From Verrucomicrobiota bacterium (GTDB lineage Bacteria > Verrucomicrobiota > Verrucomicrobiia > Limisphaerales > CAZBKV01), in assembly GCA_021160185.1 (NCBI GenBank), contig JAGHDA010000115.1, forward strand, positions 1 to 23,987: a stretch of 23,987 nt of DNA, given 5' to 3'. This document shows positions 15,536 to 23,980 of the stretch, piece after piece. The first letter of the stretch is position 1, and each line of letters opens with the position of its first letter. The notes under the pieces are model-generated. The model worked only from the letters and a program-made list of their open reading frames with translations. It made no database searches and had not been told where the DNA came from. The position numbers and the translations under genes were made by a program.

Positions 15536-16693
15536 TCAAGGCTGCCGCCGGCCCGAAGCCGACTTGGGCTTCATCGGCGTTCGGTTCAACAACAGGCGAA
15601 TTTCCCGCGTCACCCCGGGCGGCAGCTCGGGAAGGAAAAACTTGTCCTGGGCGTTGGTGGCCACCTGGCCCAGGGCGGCGATCAGGAGCCGATTTCGAAA
15701 AAGCCAGGGATCCTTCTCGTATTCGGGCAGCATCTTCTCGAATGATTCGGCCAGCGCGGCCACCGCCTGAACGAGCCGGTTGCTGCGGGTCAAGCCTTCG
15801 TTGAGAATGGCCTGGGCCTCGCCCTGGGCGCGACGAAGGATTTCCTGTTGATAGCCCCGCGCGTCGCTGATCGCCCGGCTCCGCTCCTGCTCCGCGGAGA
15901 TGACGTTTTCAAAGGCCTGCCGCACGTCCGCCGGCGGCTTGGTTTCCACATCGCTCGGTTCGAGCGTCACTCCCAGGCTCAGCTCATCCACGAGCTCGTT
16001 GACCCGAGCCAGCACCAAATCGCGGTAGCCGCTCTTGTTTTTGTAGAGCGCGTCGTCGGCGGTCATCCTGGCGGCGGCGTAGAAGATCGCCTCGTTGACG
16101 ATGTTGGTAAGGATGGTTTCCGGCTTGGCGAAGCCGAAGAAATATCGGAGCGGATCAGTAACGCGATACTTCACCCGAGCGCGGGCGTGGATGATGTTTC
16201 CGTCGGCGGTGATGACATAGCCGTCGGCTTCCGGGCTCAAATAGCCGCGAGGGGGCGGCTCGCCGCCGGAGGCCTCCATTTCCGGCGTCACGGCGTGCCA
16301 TCCGGCGGTGGAGGCGACGGTCTTAGTCTCTCCGACTCGGATGCGGACTTTCTCGTCGATGGGCGGCGGATAGGCCCAATGCCAGCCGGGGCCTTTGAGC
16401 ATTTCAGGGCCCTTGCCCACCGGCTTGCCGAAGCGAAGCAGCACGACCACCTCGTTGGGGCCCACAATGAAGGAGCCGGAGAAGAAGAAGACCGCCAACA
16501 GCGCCACCATGAGGAAGCGGATGATCTTGAAGCTGCTGCTCAGCGCTTCAGAAAGGGCCTGGGAGCTGGCGTCTTCGGGCGTCACAGGCGGCGTCTCCGG
16601 CGCGGCTCGCCTCTCTTGCCGGGGAGCGCCGCTTTCCTCTTTATCGGGCTGGAGATTTTGGGAGGCCATGGCGTGAGGCGATAGACGGTTCAA
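15536..16693 (-). CDS. hflK: SPFH/band-7 protein, HflK-like protease modulator
   Basis: Cytoplasmic N-tail, TM FLMVALLAVFFFSGSF, then IVGPNEVVVLLRFGKP and an HflK-like C-terminal coiled region (RQAFENVISAEQERSRAISDARGYQQEILRRAQGEA...LPEYEKDP). The TTG at 16693 overlaps the HflC stop (TTGA). An internal ATG at 16669 is an alternative start. Confidence 0.8.
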   Translation of the reverse strand: MNRLSPHAMASQNLQPDKEESGAPRQERRAAPETPPVTPEDASSQALSEALSSSFKIIRFLMVALLAVFFFSGSFIVGPNEVVVLLRFGKPVGKGPEMLKGPGWHWAYPPPIDEKVRIRVGETKTVASTAGWHAVTPEMEASGGEPPPRGYLSPEADGYVITADGNIIHARARVKYRVTDPLRYFFGFAKPETILTNIVNEAIFYAAARMTADDALYKNKSGYRDLVLARVNELVDELSLGVTLEPSDVETKPPADVRQAFENVISAEQERSRAISDARGYQQEILRRAQGEAQAILNEGLTRSNRLVQAVAALAESFEKMLPEYEKDPWLFRNRLLIAALGQVATNAQDKFFLPELPPGVTREIRLLLNRTPMKPKSASGRRQP

Positions 16694-17649
16694 TTCTTCC
16701 CGGCTTGCTTGGCTTCGCCCGGCTTGGCAGGGGCGGGAGGGGGCGATTGCGTGTCGGCGTTTTTGGGAAACGCGTCGCCGCGAAGCAAGTCAAACGGCGG
16801 GGTGCGCGGATCCAGCACCAGGGTCGAGCGCTCCTTGAGAGCCTGCTGGAGGGCCTTCAGCTTGAGGAGGAAGACGGCCAGATCCGGATTCTTCTCGAAC
16901 GTCTTAAGCTCCTTCGCCGCTTGGGCCTCGGCCTGGCCTTCAATAACGGTGGCCTGGGACTCGGCCTGGGCCAGGATCTTGGCTTTCTGCGTGTCGGCGT
17001 TGGAGCGGATCTTCTGCGCTTCGGCTTCCCCTTCGCCCCGGTACTTGCGCACCAACTCCTCCCGCTCGGCCTTCATGCGCTCGAAGACCTTGGCGGTGAT
17101 CGACTCGGGCAGGCCGATCTGCTTGATGCCCAGCAGGGCCACTTCAATGCCGTAGGTGTTCGTCGCGCGCGACTGCATGGCGGCCAGCATTTCCTGCTCC
17201 ACCTGGTCGAACTTCAACGCTTTCGGGTCGGGCGAGATGAAGTCGGCGAGCGGGTGACGGCCCACCACGCTGTTTTTGGCGTCGCGCAGCAAGCCTTCCA
17301 GGCTCTGCTCGGCGCGGGTGATGTCGCCGTTGAATCGCTCCAGGAACAGCTTGGGATCGCGGATCTTCCATCCCACAAACGCCTCGATGAGGATGATCCG
17401 CCCGTCCTGCGTGGTGGTCTGTTCGTACTTCTTCTCAAAATTGTGGATGCGGTTGTCGAACCGATACACGTTCTGGATCGGCCAAGGCCAGCGAAATTTC
17501 AGGCCGGGCTTCTCGATCGTGCGGGTGTATCGGCCGAAAGTGGTTACTACGGCCACCTCGGTCTGCCGCACTTGGAAGGCGACCAGCATCGTCACGAAGA
17601 TCAGGCCGATCAGAACCGCCGTCAGGATGGTCAATGGATTCCGTTTCAT
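16690..17649 (-). CDS. hflC: SPFH/band-7 protein, HflC-like protease modulator
   Basis: An immediate N-terminal TM, then VVTTFGRYTRTIEKPGLKFRWPWPIQNVYRFDNR...VFERMKAEREELVRKYRGEGEAEAQKIRSNADTQKA...NPDLAVFLLKLKALQQAL. These closely parallel E. coli HflC motifs. Confidence 0.85.
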   Translation of the reverse strand: MKRNPLTILTAVLIGLIFVTMLVAFQVRQTEVAVVTTFGRYTRTIEKPGLKFRWPWPIQNVYRFDNRIHNFEKKYEQTTTQDGRIILIEAFVGWKIRDPKLFLERFNGDITRAEQSLEGLLRDAKNSVVGRHPLADFISPDPKALKFDQVEQEMLAAMQSRATNTYGIEVALLGIKQIGLPESITAKVFERMKAEREELVRKYRGEGEAEAQKIRSNADTQKAKILAQAESQATVIEGQAEAQAAKELKTFEKNPDLAVFLLKLKALQQALKERSTLVLDPRTPPFDLLRGDAFPKNADTQSPPPAPAKPGEAKQAGKN

Positions 17650-17679
17650 CGCCGTCTGGTTTGTTCCCTGGAAAAAATT

Positions 17680-19572
17680 CTATGGTTGGCCCTGGGTCTC
17701 GTTCCCGGGCAAGGTCACGTCCAACAGATCGGGCCGGATTTCATCCTCAAGATTAAACTGCACCACCTGGTTCGCGTTGGTCGGCACGACCACGTAGATC
17801 CGCGCGTTGGTGATCGAGCCGCTCACGGTGTCCAGATACATGTAGAGCGGATACACGCTCGGCGAAGCCTGGTAGGCCGCTTCTTGGTTGAGGAAGCGCT
17901 CCGCGGTGGCCTTGGCCAAGGAAACAAGGCGCGTGCGATAAGCGGTCGCCCGGTTCACCACCTGAACCCCTTCGGCATCGGCTTTGGGCACCGTCTCGGC
18001 GGCGTACGCGCGGGCGTAATGATTGGTTGCAGCCGCGTCCTGGATGGCGCCGATGACCTTCTCGAACTCAGGGGCCACTCTCACCGGCGGATGGATCCCA
18101 TGCAGTCCCACGAAGAGGATTTTCACGCCCAGCTCAAGCCGGTCCGCCTCGGCCTGGATCCGGCGCAGCAGCTCCTCGGCCGCTTTCCGGCGGCCTGGCC
18201 CCATCACGTCGTACAGATCCACGCTCACGAGGTACTTGGTCAGTTCCCTGCCCGCCACCTCCTTCAGCAGTTCCCCTGCGTCGCGGTGATTGTACACATA
18301 CGCCTTGAGGTCGCGGATCTAGTAATGCACCGGCACAGCCACGCTGAGCAGGTTCACCGGCACGGTTTGTTCCTCGTTCCCCGCCGCGTCCAACTGCTGC
18401 CGGCTGGCCACAAGCATGTTGAACTCCTGCTTGGCGTGCGGCCGGGTCCACAACAACACCCTGCTCTGCGCCTCCTGGGCTTTCTCTTCCTCGGTTTCCT
18501 CCGCACGACCGAGAGTGAACACCTGGACCAGGTCGGTTCGATAGCGGTACACATGGTCGATGGGCCAGGGCCATTTCACATGCAGCCCAGGCTCCAGAAC
18601 ATTCCGATCCCCCGCAGGCCGACCGAAGCGCTCCAGCAACGCCCCCTCGCCCGGCGGGATCACCACAAAACAAGTGGAAAGCTCCAACACCGTCAGTTGG
18701 AGGAGAATGAACCACCCGATAGTCTTCTCGAGAAAGCGGTAGAACCAGGTCTCCGAAACCTTGAACCCGAACTGATAGTCCAACGCCTGGGCCACGGTGC
18801 GGATGATTCCGCCCGGCTGGCTCAACATCCCGATCAAGCGGCTTTCGTAAAGGGGCCGCTCCTCCGCGCCCCGCACCCGCGGTCGGTACGCTTCCAGCAA
18901 CAGGCGCACCAGGTTCTCCGCCCCCACCAAAGCCAAGACCGCCAACAAGCCCCGGGCGACGATCGGATCCAGCTCCGGCCGCCCCGACCATCCGGCCGCC
19001 TCCACCGCCGCGGTAAGCAGCGTCAGCAACGCCCCTAGCAGCAGATAGGCGGCTTGGGGCCGCAAAAGCCACTGGTTCTCCAGCCGGGCGAACACGGCCG
19101 AGTATTTGCCGAACTGGAAGAACAGCAGGGCGAAGAGTCCGTTGAGCGCCATGGCCACGGTGGCCTGGCGCAGATTCGAGGGCTGATCTTTGCCCACGTA
19201 GTCCCAAAGGAAATAGACGGCCAGACCCTGGATGATCAGCAACAGGACGGCCGTAAAAGGCACAAAGTATTTCTCGAACTGGAGGCGCGCTTGCCGGGCG
19301 GGAAACAGGTCGCCCGCCTCCTCCTCGAAAAGCGACTCGCTCGCCGCCCGCCTGCGCAGCTCCTCATGCTCCAGCCGCTCCAGCTCCTCCCGCTCGTAAA
19401 GGCGCATCTGGAAGTAGCTGACGGCCGCCGTCAGAACCCCCATTCCCAAAAACACGCTGGAGACCAGCCCCGTGGCCGAATGGCTGTAGCGGGCGATCGC
19501 CGCCGCCGCCGCCCCCAAGACCAACAGCGTCAGGCAGTTGATCAGCCCCTTTCGCAAGATATTCTGCTCCAT
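17680..19572 (-). pseudogene. HflK-like SPFH protein fused to an N-terminal ~270-aa polytopic membrane domain, interrupted by a single in-frame TAG (18319-18321)
   Basis: ORFs 18319..19572 and 17680..18297 are in the same frame, separated only by TAG plus 7 sense codons. Upstream half: 4-5 TM helices, then IPPGEGALLERFGRPAGDRNVLEPGLHVKWPWPIDHV...VAVPVHY*. Downstream half: IRDLKAYVYNHRDAGELL...GVKILFVGLHGIHPPVRVAPEFEKVIGAIQ... The stop falls where HflK has the Y-R-I of VQYRITDP. Both halves keep coding-like codon bias. Confidence 0.7.
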
Positions 19573-19578
19573 GCCGTC

Positions 19579-20538
19579 CTAAGAAAGCTCGCGATCCTCG
19601 AACAAAAACAAGCCCGCGCACAGCGCCGCGCCCAGATAGCCGAGCGCGTAGCCGGCCGTGTGCGCCACGTAGCTCCAGGGGATCTTTTTCCCCATCGAGA
19701 GCGTGTCGCCCATCCAGAAAAGCTGCCAATTGGGCAGCGCCCCGTACGCGACGTTGGCCCACCACTCCCCCGCTTCGGCGCGCCGGCCGAAAAGATAGTC
19801 CGACATCAGCCCCAACACGAACACCACCGTGCATAACGCCAGCGTCGGCGCCAGCTCCAGCCGAGTCGAACACGCCAATGCGATCGCCGCCAACACGCAA
19901 AGCGCCAGGACAATCAGCACGCCCGCCGGAACCAGCCGCCAGTCCACCTGCGCCACCTTCCCGAAGGAACGATGCAGGGTCGCCAGGAACGCAATGTAAC
20001 AAAACGCCGCCGTCACCGTCAGGACCATCGCGAACACCGCGTCCGCCACAAACACCCGATTCAAAAAATAGTTCGTGAACGCCCCCGCCAGATACGCCGC
20101 CGCCACGGCGATCGCGTAGGCCGTCAGGGACTGAAAATCGGTGCTGTCGTAAGCGTCGTAGGCCATCCGACTGGCCAGCAGCACAGCAAGCATGTTCACG
20201 TAGGTCAAGACGCTCAACGCGCCCACCAGCCCGAAATACTTGCCCAGGAGGAACTTCATGCGGCTTACCGGCTTGGCCAGCACCGCCAGCGCCGTGCCCG
20301 ACCGCACCTCCTCGCCCACCGAAGCCGAAGCGCTGATCACCGTGCCGAAGAGCCCCGCCAGAAGCGTGAGCGCCAACGTCATGGTCTTGACCATGTTCGG
20401 ATCATCGCCGAAGCCGAAGTAGGGAATGGCGGCCAGAAAGACGTTTAGCGTGGCCGAGGCGGTCATCAGCAGCAGGAAAACCGGCTGCCGAATCAGCTCC
20501 ATGAAACTGTTAGCGGCGATGGTCCAAACTTGCCTCAT
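19579..20538 (-). CDS. ABC-2 family transporter permease (6 TM), with no cognate ATPase in the operon
   Basis: The ABC-2 signature SASVGEEVRSGTALAVLAKPVSRMKFLLGKY (consensus ...GTLExLLSxPVSRxxxLLGK) and six hydrophobic segments. It is the first gene on the minus strand after a divergent intergenic region, 6 nt upstream of the SPFH fusion gene. Confidence 0.7.
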   Translation of the reverse strand: MRQVWTIAANSFMELIRQPVFLLLMTASATLNVFLAAIPYFGFGDDPNMVKTMTLALTLLAGLFGTVISASASVGEEVRSGTALAVLAKPVSRMKFLLGKYFGLVGALSVLTYVNMLAVLLASRMAYDAYDSTDFQSLTAYAIAVAAAYLAGAFTNYFLNRVFVADAVFAMVLTVTAAFCYIAFLATLHRSFGKVAQVDWRLVPAGVLIVLALCVLAAIALACSTRLELAPTLALCTVVFVLGLMSDYLFGRRAEAGEWWANVAYGALPNWQLFWMGDTLSMGKKIPWSYVAHTAGYALGYLGAALCAGLFLFEDRELS

Positions 20539-20656
20539 CCTCTCTCATCCAATCCGCTCCAAGCCGCGCATGGTGGCTTATCGCCCTCTCGTTTGCAAAC
20601 GCTTATCCCTCCTCGCCCTCCCCGGCTCGATCCAACTCCAATCTCTCCGCGCTGAA

Positions 20657-20680
20657 CAGTGTGCTTTTTCCGGCACACTG
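20657..20680. promoter_or_regulatory. Perfect 8-bp inverted repeat CAGTGTGC-N8-GCACACTG (candidate operator)
   Basis: Read directly: cagtgtgc tttttccg gcacactg. It ends 14 nt upstream of the radical SAM ATG (20695) and lies in the divergent region ~120 nt upstream of the ABC-2 permease start. There are no flanking U-tracts, so it is not a terminator. Confidence 0.5.
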
Positions 20681-20694
20681 CTTATGATGACAAC

Positions 20695-21759
20695 ATGACC
20701 CTGGAGGAGGGTTCATACGAAAAACCGATCCGACGCGCCGCGGCCCCGGAGCCGTATCCCGCAAAACGGGCCGCGCGCGGCCGATGGATTCGCCGCCTCC
20801 GTCCGCCCGTCGCGCCGTGCGACCCATGGACCCCCCAAGCCGTCTTTTGCGAAACCGAGCCCGACCCGGATGACCGCCGGCCTCGCCGGACGCTGACGGT
20901 CCTGCTGACCGGCCGCCGGTGTCCCTGGACCTGCGTCATGTGCGACCTGTGGCGGCGCGCCGCGCCCGGGCCGATCCCGCCCGGCGCGGTTCCCCGCCAG
21001 CTCGCCGCCGCTCTCCGAACCGGCGCGCCCAACGGCCTCCCGGCGCAGGCGCTCAAGCTTTACAACGCCGGGAGCTTTTTCGACGCGGCCGCCGTGCCGC
21101 CCCGGGACTGGCCCGCCGTGGCGGCCCATGCCGTCGGCTTCGAGCGGGTGATCGTCGAATCCCATCCCAAACTGGTCGATCCGGGCGCGGCGCGCTTCCT
21201 CGAAGCCCTTCGCGCGGCGGCCCGAGCGCGCGGCCGGCCGGCCCCCGCGCTCGAGGTCGCCCTCGGCCTGGAAACCGCCCATCCCGCGGTCCTCGAAAAA
21301 CTCAACAAAGGCGCGACGCTCGAGGATTTCCGCCGGGCCTGCGCTTTCCTGCGCGGGTTGGGGGCGGAAGCCCGCGCCTTCGTGCTGCTCAACCCGCCGT
21401 TCCTCCCACCCGAAGAGCATTTGCCCTGGGCGGTGCGCTCGGCGGCGTTCGCCTTCGACTGCGGGGCGGCGGTTGCGGCGATCCTTCCCGTTCGCCCTGG
21501 AAATGGCGCGATCGAAGCCCTTCAGGAGCGCGGACTGTTCCACCCCGCCCCGATCCGCCTTCTGGAAGAAGCCCTCGCGGCGTGCTTTCGGCTGGGCCGA
21601 GGCATCGTCCTGGCCGACACATGGGACCTGGACCGGTTGGAATGCTGCCGCCGCTGCCTGCCTCTCCGGGCGGAAAACCTCGAACGGATGAACCTTTCCC
21701 AAACGCCCAGCGCCCCCGTCGTTTGTCCGGACTGCGATCCGGCCGGAGGGCAGCCATGA
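20695..21759 (+). CDS. Radical SAM domain protein (CX3CX2C), subfamily unresolved, with a C-terminal Cys cluster
   Basis: LLTGRRCPWTCVMCDLW carries the radical SAM cysteine triad. ~355 aa. The C-terminus has ECCRRC...x27...CPDC. The ORF-track GTG start at 20659 lies inside the inverted repeat, so I prefer ATG 20695 (MTLEEG...). Confidence 0.7.
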   Translation: MTLEEGSYEKPIRRAAAPEPYPAKRAARGRWIRRLRPPVAPCDPWTPQAVFCETEPDPDDRRPRRTLTVLLTGRRCPWTCVMCDLWRRAAPGPIPPGAVPRQLAAALRTGAPNGLPAQALKLYNAGSFFDAAAVPPRDWPAVAAHAVGFERVIVESHPKLVDPGAARFLEALRAAARARGRPAPALEVALGLETAHPAVLEKLNKGATLEDFRRACAFLRGLGAEARAFVLLNPPFLPPEEHLPWAVRSAAFAFDCGAAVAAILPVRPGNGAIEALQERGLFHPAPIRLLEEALAACFRLGRGIVLADTWDLDRLECCRRCLPLRAENLERMNLSQTPSAPVVCPDCDPAGGQP

Positions 21760-21817
21760 TCAAATCGCCGCGCAGCCCGGGGGGCTTCTTGGCTTGAAAC
21801 GTGCTGTCAGTCGCAGG

Positions 21818-21846
21818 TTGACCGGTTATTCCGCCGGCTGAAGAAT
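21818..21846 (+). promoter_or_regulatory. Candidate sigma-70-like promoter for the pseudopilin gene
   Basis: TTGACC (21818-21823), a 17-bp spacer, then AAGAAT (21841-21846). The ATG is at 21857, which implies a very short leader. Weak -10 match and low confidence. Confidence 0.2.
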
Positions 21847-21856
21847 AGGCGCTCGA

Positions 21857-22753
21857 ATGGTTCAAGCCGCCGCGCATCGCCGAGTCCGCGCCGGGCCGCC
21901 GCTCAATCAAGCGGCGGGGAGGCGGCGCGCCGCGTTCACGCTGATCGAGCTGCTGGTTGTCATCGCCATTATCAGCATCTTGGCTTCGATGCTTCTGCCC
22001 TCCTTGAGCCGCGCCAAGGAAAAGGCTCAGACAATCACCTGCATCAACAACCTCCACCAGATCAGCCTGGCGATCATGCTCTACATCGACGAGAATCAGG
22101 GGCGTTACCCGCTTTCTTGGGCCTACGAAGTGGATCCGCGCACGGGGCGGCGCGTAAACGTCACGAAAAGCGCGCGCCAAACCCTGGGCGGCTACGACCC
22201 CGCGCCTGCGCTGCGGGGCTGCGCGCTCTCCGCAAGGGCTCGGCCGCTGTGGCCCTACTTGAAACCCTCGGCTGTTTTCCGCTGCCCTCGCGACAAGGGC
22301 CAATCCATCCTCCCCTGCTCGTGCGGGGCCAAGCAGACGCCCTCCAACTTCCAAAGCATCGGCTGCAGCTACTGCTACAACGCCGGCGGCCTGACCGTCC
22401 TCAGCGGGGGCGGATTCCGCCGTCAGCCCGTGGATTCGAAGGAAGGCATCGCGGGCAAGACCGAGGATTATGTGGAAAATCCTTCTCTCTACATTCTGCT
22501 GCATGAGCCTCCGGCGCGCATCTGGGGCTGCGCGGGAACCGGCCCCCGCTGGTACCAGTGGCACTACGCCCGCGGCGCGTATTCCTTCGTGGACGTGCGC
22601 CGAGCGCCCTCTCTCTTCTACTCGGCCGTCGCCTTCGTGGACGGCCACACCGGCTTTCTCAATTTTTCCCGATCCCTCCAGGACGATCCCTACTACCCCT
22701 ATGAACCGACCAAAGATTGGGTCTGGTACACGCCCGAAGGCGGCAGTTCCTGA
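21857..22753 (+). CDS. Prepilin-type N-terminal cleavage/methylation domain protein of the DUF1559 (H-X9-DG) family (type II secretion pseudopilin-like)
   Basis: ...[55 protein letters not shown] is a class III signal with the conserved Glu at +5. The C-terminus has [10 protein letters not shown], the DUF1559 motif. The predicted leader is 26 aa. Confidence 0.85.
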   Translation: MVQAAAHRRVRAGPPLNQAAGRRRAAFTLIELLVVIAIISILASMLLPSLSRAKEKAQTITCINNLHQISLAIMLYIDENQGRYPLSWAYEVDPRTGRRVNVTKSARQTLGGYDPAPALRGCALSARARPLWPYLKPSAVFRCPRDKGQSILPCSCGAKQTPSNFQSIGCSYCYNAGGLTVLSGGGFRRQPVDSKEGIAGKTEDYVENPSLYILLHEPPARIWGCAGTGPRWYQWHYARGAYSFVDVRRAPSLFYSAVAFVDGHTGFLNFSRSLQDDPYYPYEPTKDWVWYTPEGGSS

Positions 22754-22759
22754 ACAAGC

Positions 22760-23323
22760 ATGAGCGCCGAGGAAGGCCAAATGGAGCTGGACGTCGCGGT
22801 GGAGCAAGCGCCTGCAATGTGTCTGGCCATCGCCCGCGCCCTTGGGGAGGCCGGCTACGGCGCAGGCCACATCCAGCGCCTGTTCCGGGAGGCGGTCCTG
22901 GTCGAGTGCGTGGGATGCGGCATCCGGCTCACGGCGGACGAACTGACGGCTTTGCTTGTCCGTGGCGAAGAGCAAGCCGAAGAGCTGCCTCCCCGGCTCA
23001 AGCGGCTCAAGCTGGGCTACTGCGCCCGCAACGGCTGCGATTCGCGCTTCTACCGCATCACAGTCGCCAGCGGTCGAGGGATCCCCTGGAGCCGGATCCT
23101 GAATCGGGCGTTGGATCTTTGCGGCATGCCGAATCCGACTCCGGAGGAGGAAGAGAAGCCCGATCCGGCGGCAAGGCAAGTCCGGCTCCGCAAGCTGGCT
23201 GCCCTTGCCTCCATCGCTCTGGTCCTTCTTCTGATCATCCTCTATCAGAGCCGCAGCCGGTTGCCCGGCTTCCAGCCGGAAGTCTCGCCGTTTCAGGTGG
23301 ACACCAACTCCCTGGTGGAATGA
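22760..23323 (+). CDS. Hypothetical tail-anchored protein with a putative zinc-ribbon (CxxC...CxxxxC)
   Basis: 187 aa starting 6 nt after the pseudopilin stop. ECVGCG...x52...YCARNGC. C-terminal TM LAALASIALVLLLIILY. Acidic N-terminus. Coding-like GC3. Confidence 0.5.
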   Translation: MSAEEGQMELDVAVEQAPAMCLAIARALGEAGYGAGHIQRLFREAVLVECVGCGIRLTADELTALLVRGEEQAEELPPRLKRLKLGYCARNGCDSRFYRITVASGRGIPWSRILNRALDLCGMPNPTPEEEEKPDPAARQVRLRKLAALASIALVLLLIILYQSRSRLPGFQPEVSPFQVDTNSLVE

Positions 23324-23345
23324 ATCGCGCGCCAAGGGCGATCTT

Positions 23346-23693
23346 CTAGCCCTTCGCGTCCTCTGCCGGCGGCCGTTCCGACCCGGCGGCGCGCCGCCCC
23401 TCGGCCACGATCTGCTCCAAGGCGGCCAGGTATTTCTCGAACGCCGCCCGGCCCTTAGGCGTCAGGGAACACGTGGTCCAGGGCCGGCGATTCCGGGAGC
23501 TCCGGCTCACCGCCACGTAGCCGGCCCTCCGCAGGGTTTGCAGGTGCACGCTGAGATTGCCGTCCGTCATCCCCAGCGTGTCGCGCAGCTCTACAAACGA
23601 GAGTTCCGGCGAGGCGGCCAGCAGGGAGACGATCGAGAGCCGCCCCTTCTCATGGATCACGCGATCCAATTGCTGGAACAAGTCCGGATTCAC
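23346..23693 (-). CDS. Winged-helix transcriptional regulator (HTH_34 / PadR-ArsR-like small regulator)
   Basis: VNPDLFQQLDRVIHEKGRLSIVSLLAASPELSFVELRDTLGMTDGNLSVHLQTLRRAGYVAV...SLTPKGRAAFEKYLAALEQIV. The GTG start at 23693 overlaps the upstream stop (GTGA). The longer ORF-track version (23984 start) has an R/G-rich nonsense N-terminus and is rejected. Confidence 0.6.
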   Translation of the reverse strand: MNPDLFQQLDRVIHEKGRLSIVSLLAASPELSFVELRDTLGMTDGNLSVHLQTLRRAGYVAVSRSSRNRRPWTTCSLTPKGRAAFEKYLAALEQIVAEGRRAAGSERPPAEDAKG

Positions 23694-23980
23694 GAGTCCG
23701 CGTCTCGGCGGGTGATCCACAGATAGGCGGCGTAGAGCAAGTGCGCGCCGCCGAACGCCCCGCCCATCACAGCCAACGGCGAAGGCGCGCGCTGCGGCGC
23801 AACGGCCAGCGCCATCGCATAGGCCGCTCCCAGCGCAACGAAGATCCACCCCGCCAGTTTCAGGCCGCGGCGCATGAAGAAGCCCGCGGCGTGCAGCGCC
23901 GTTCCGTAAAACACCAGCCACAACGCCGCCGCAAGACGGGTCGCCGCCGCCACATGCTCCGGCTCCTCGACGCGGCTCAT
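23690..23980 (-). CDS. Small membrane protein (3 TM helices) co-transcribed with the winged-helix regulator
   Basis: LAAALWLVFYGTALHAAGFF / WIFVALGAAYAMALAV / GGAFGGAHLLYAAYLWI. ATG at 23980, 7 nt from the window edge, so the true start could lie outside the window. Confidence 0.4.
   Translation of the reverse strand: MSRVEEPEHVAAATRLAAALWLVFYGTALHAAGFFMRRGLKLAGWIFVALGAAYAMALAVAPQRAPSPLAVMGGAFGGAHLLYAAYLWITRRDADS

Noticed and set aside
16705-19038. 777-aa + ORF spanning the three SPFH genes
   Set aside because: Antisense shadow. It even runs uninterrupted across the TAG of the real minus-strand gene. R/G/L/H-rich with no motifs.
20713-23335. 329-aa (20713..21702), 292-aa (20919..21797) and 648-aa (21389..23335) ORFs overlapping the radical SAM, pilin and zinc-ribbon genes
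   Set aside because: Opposite-strand or alternate-frame shadows. The annotated frames carry CX3CX2C and the prepilin leader.
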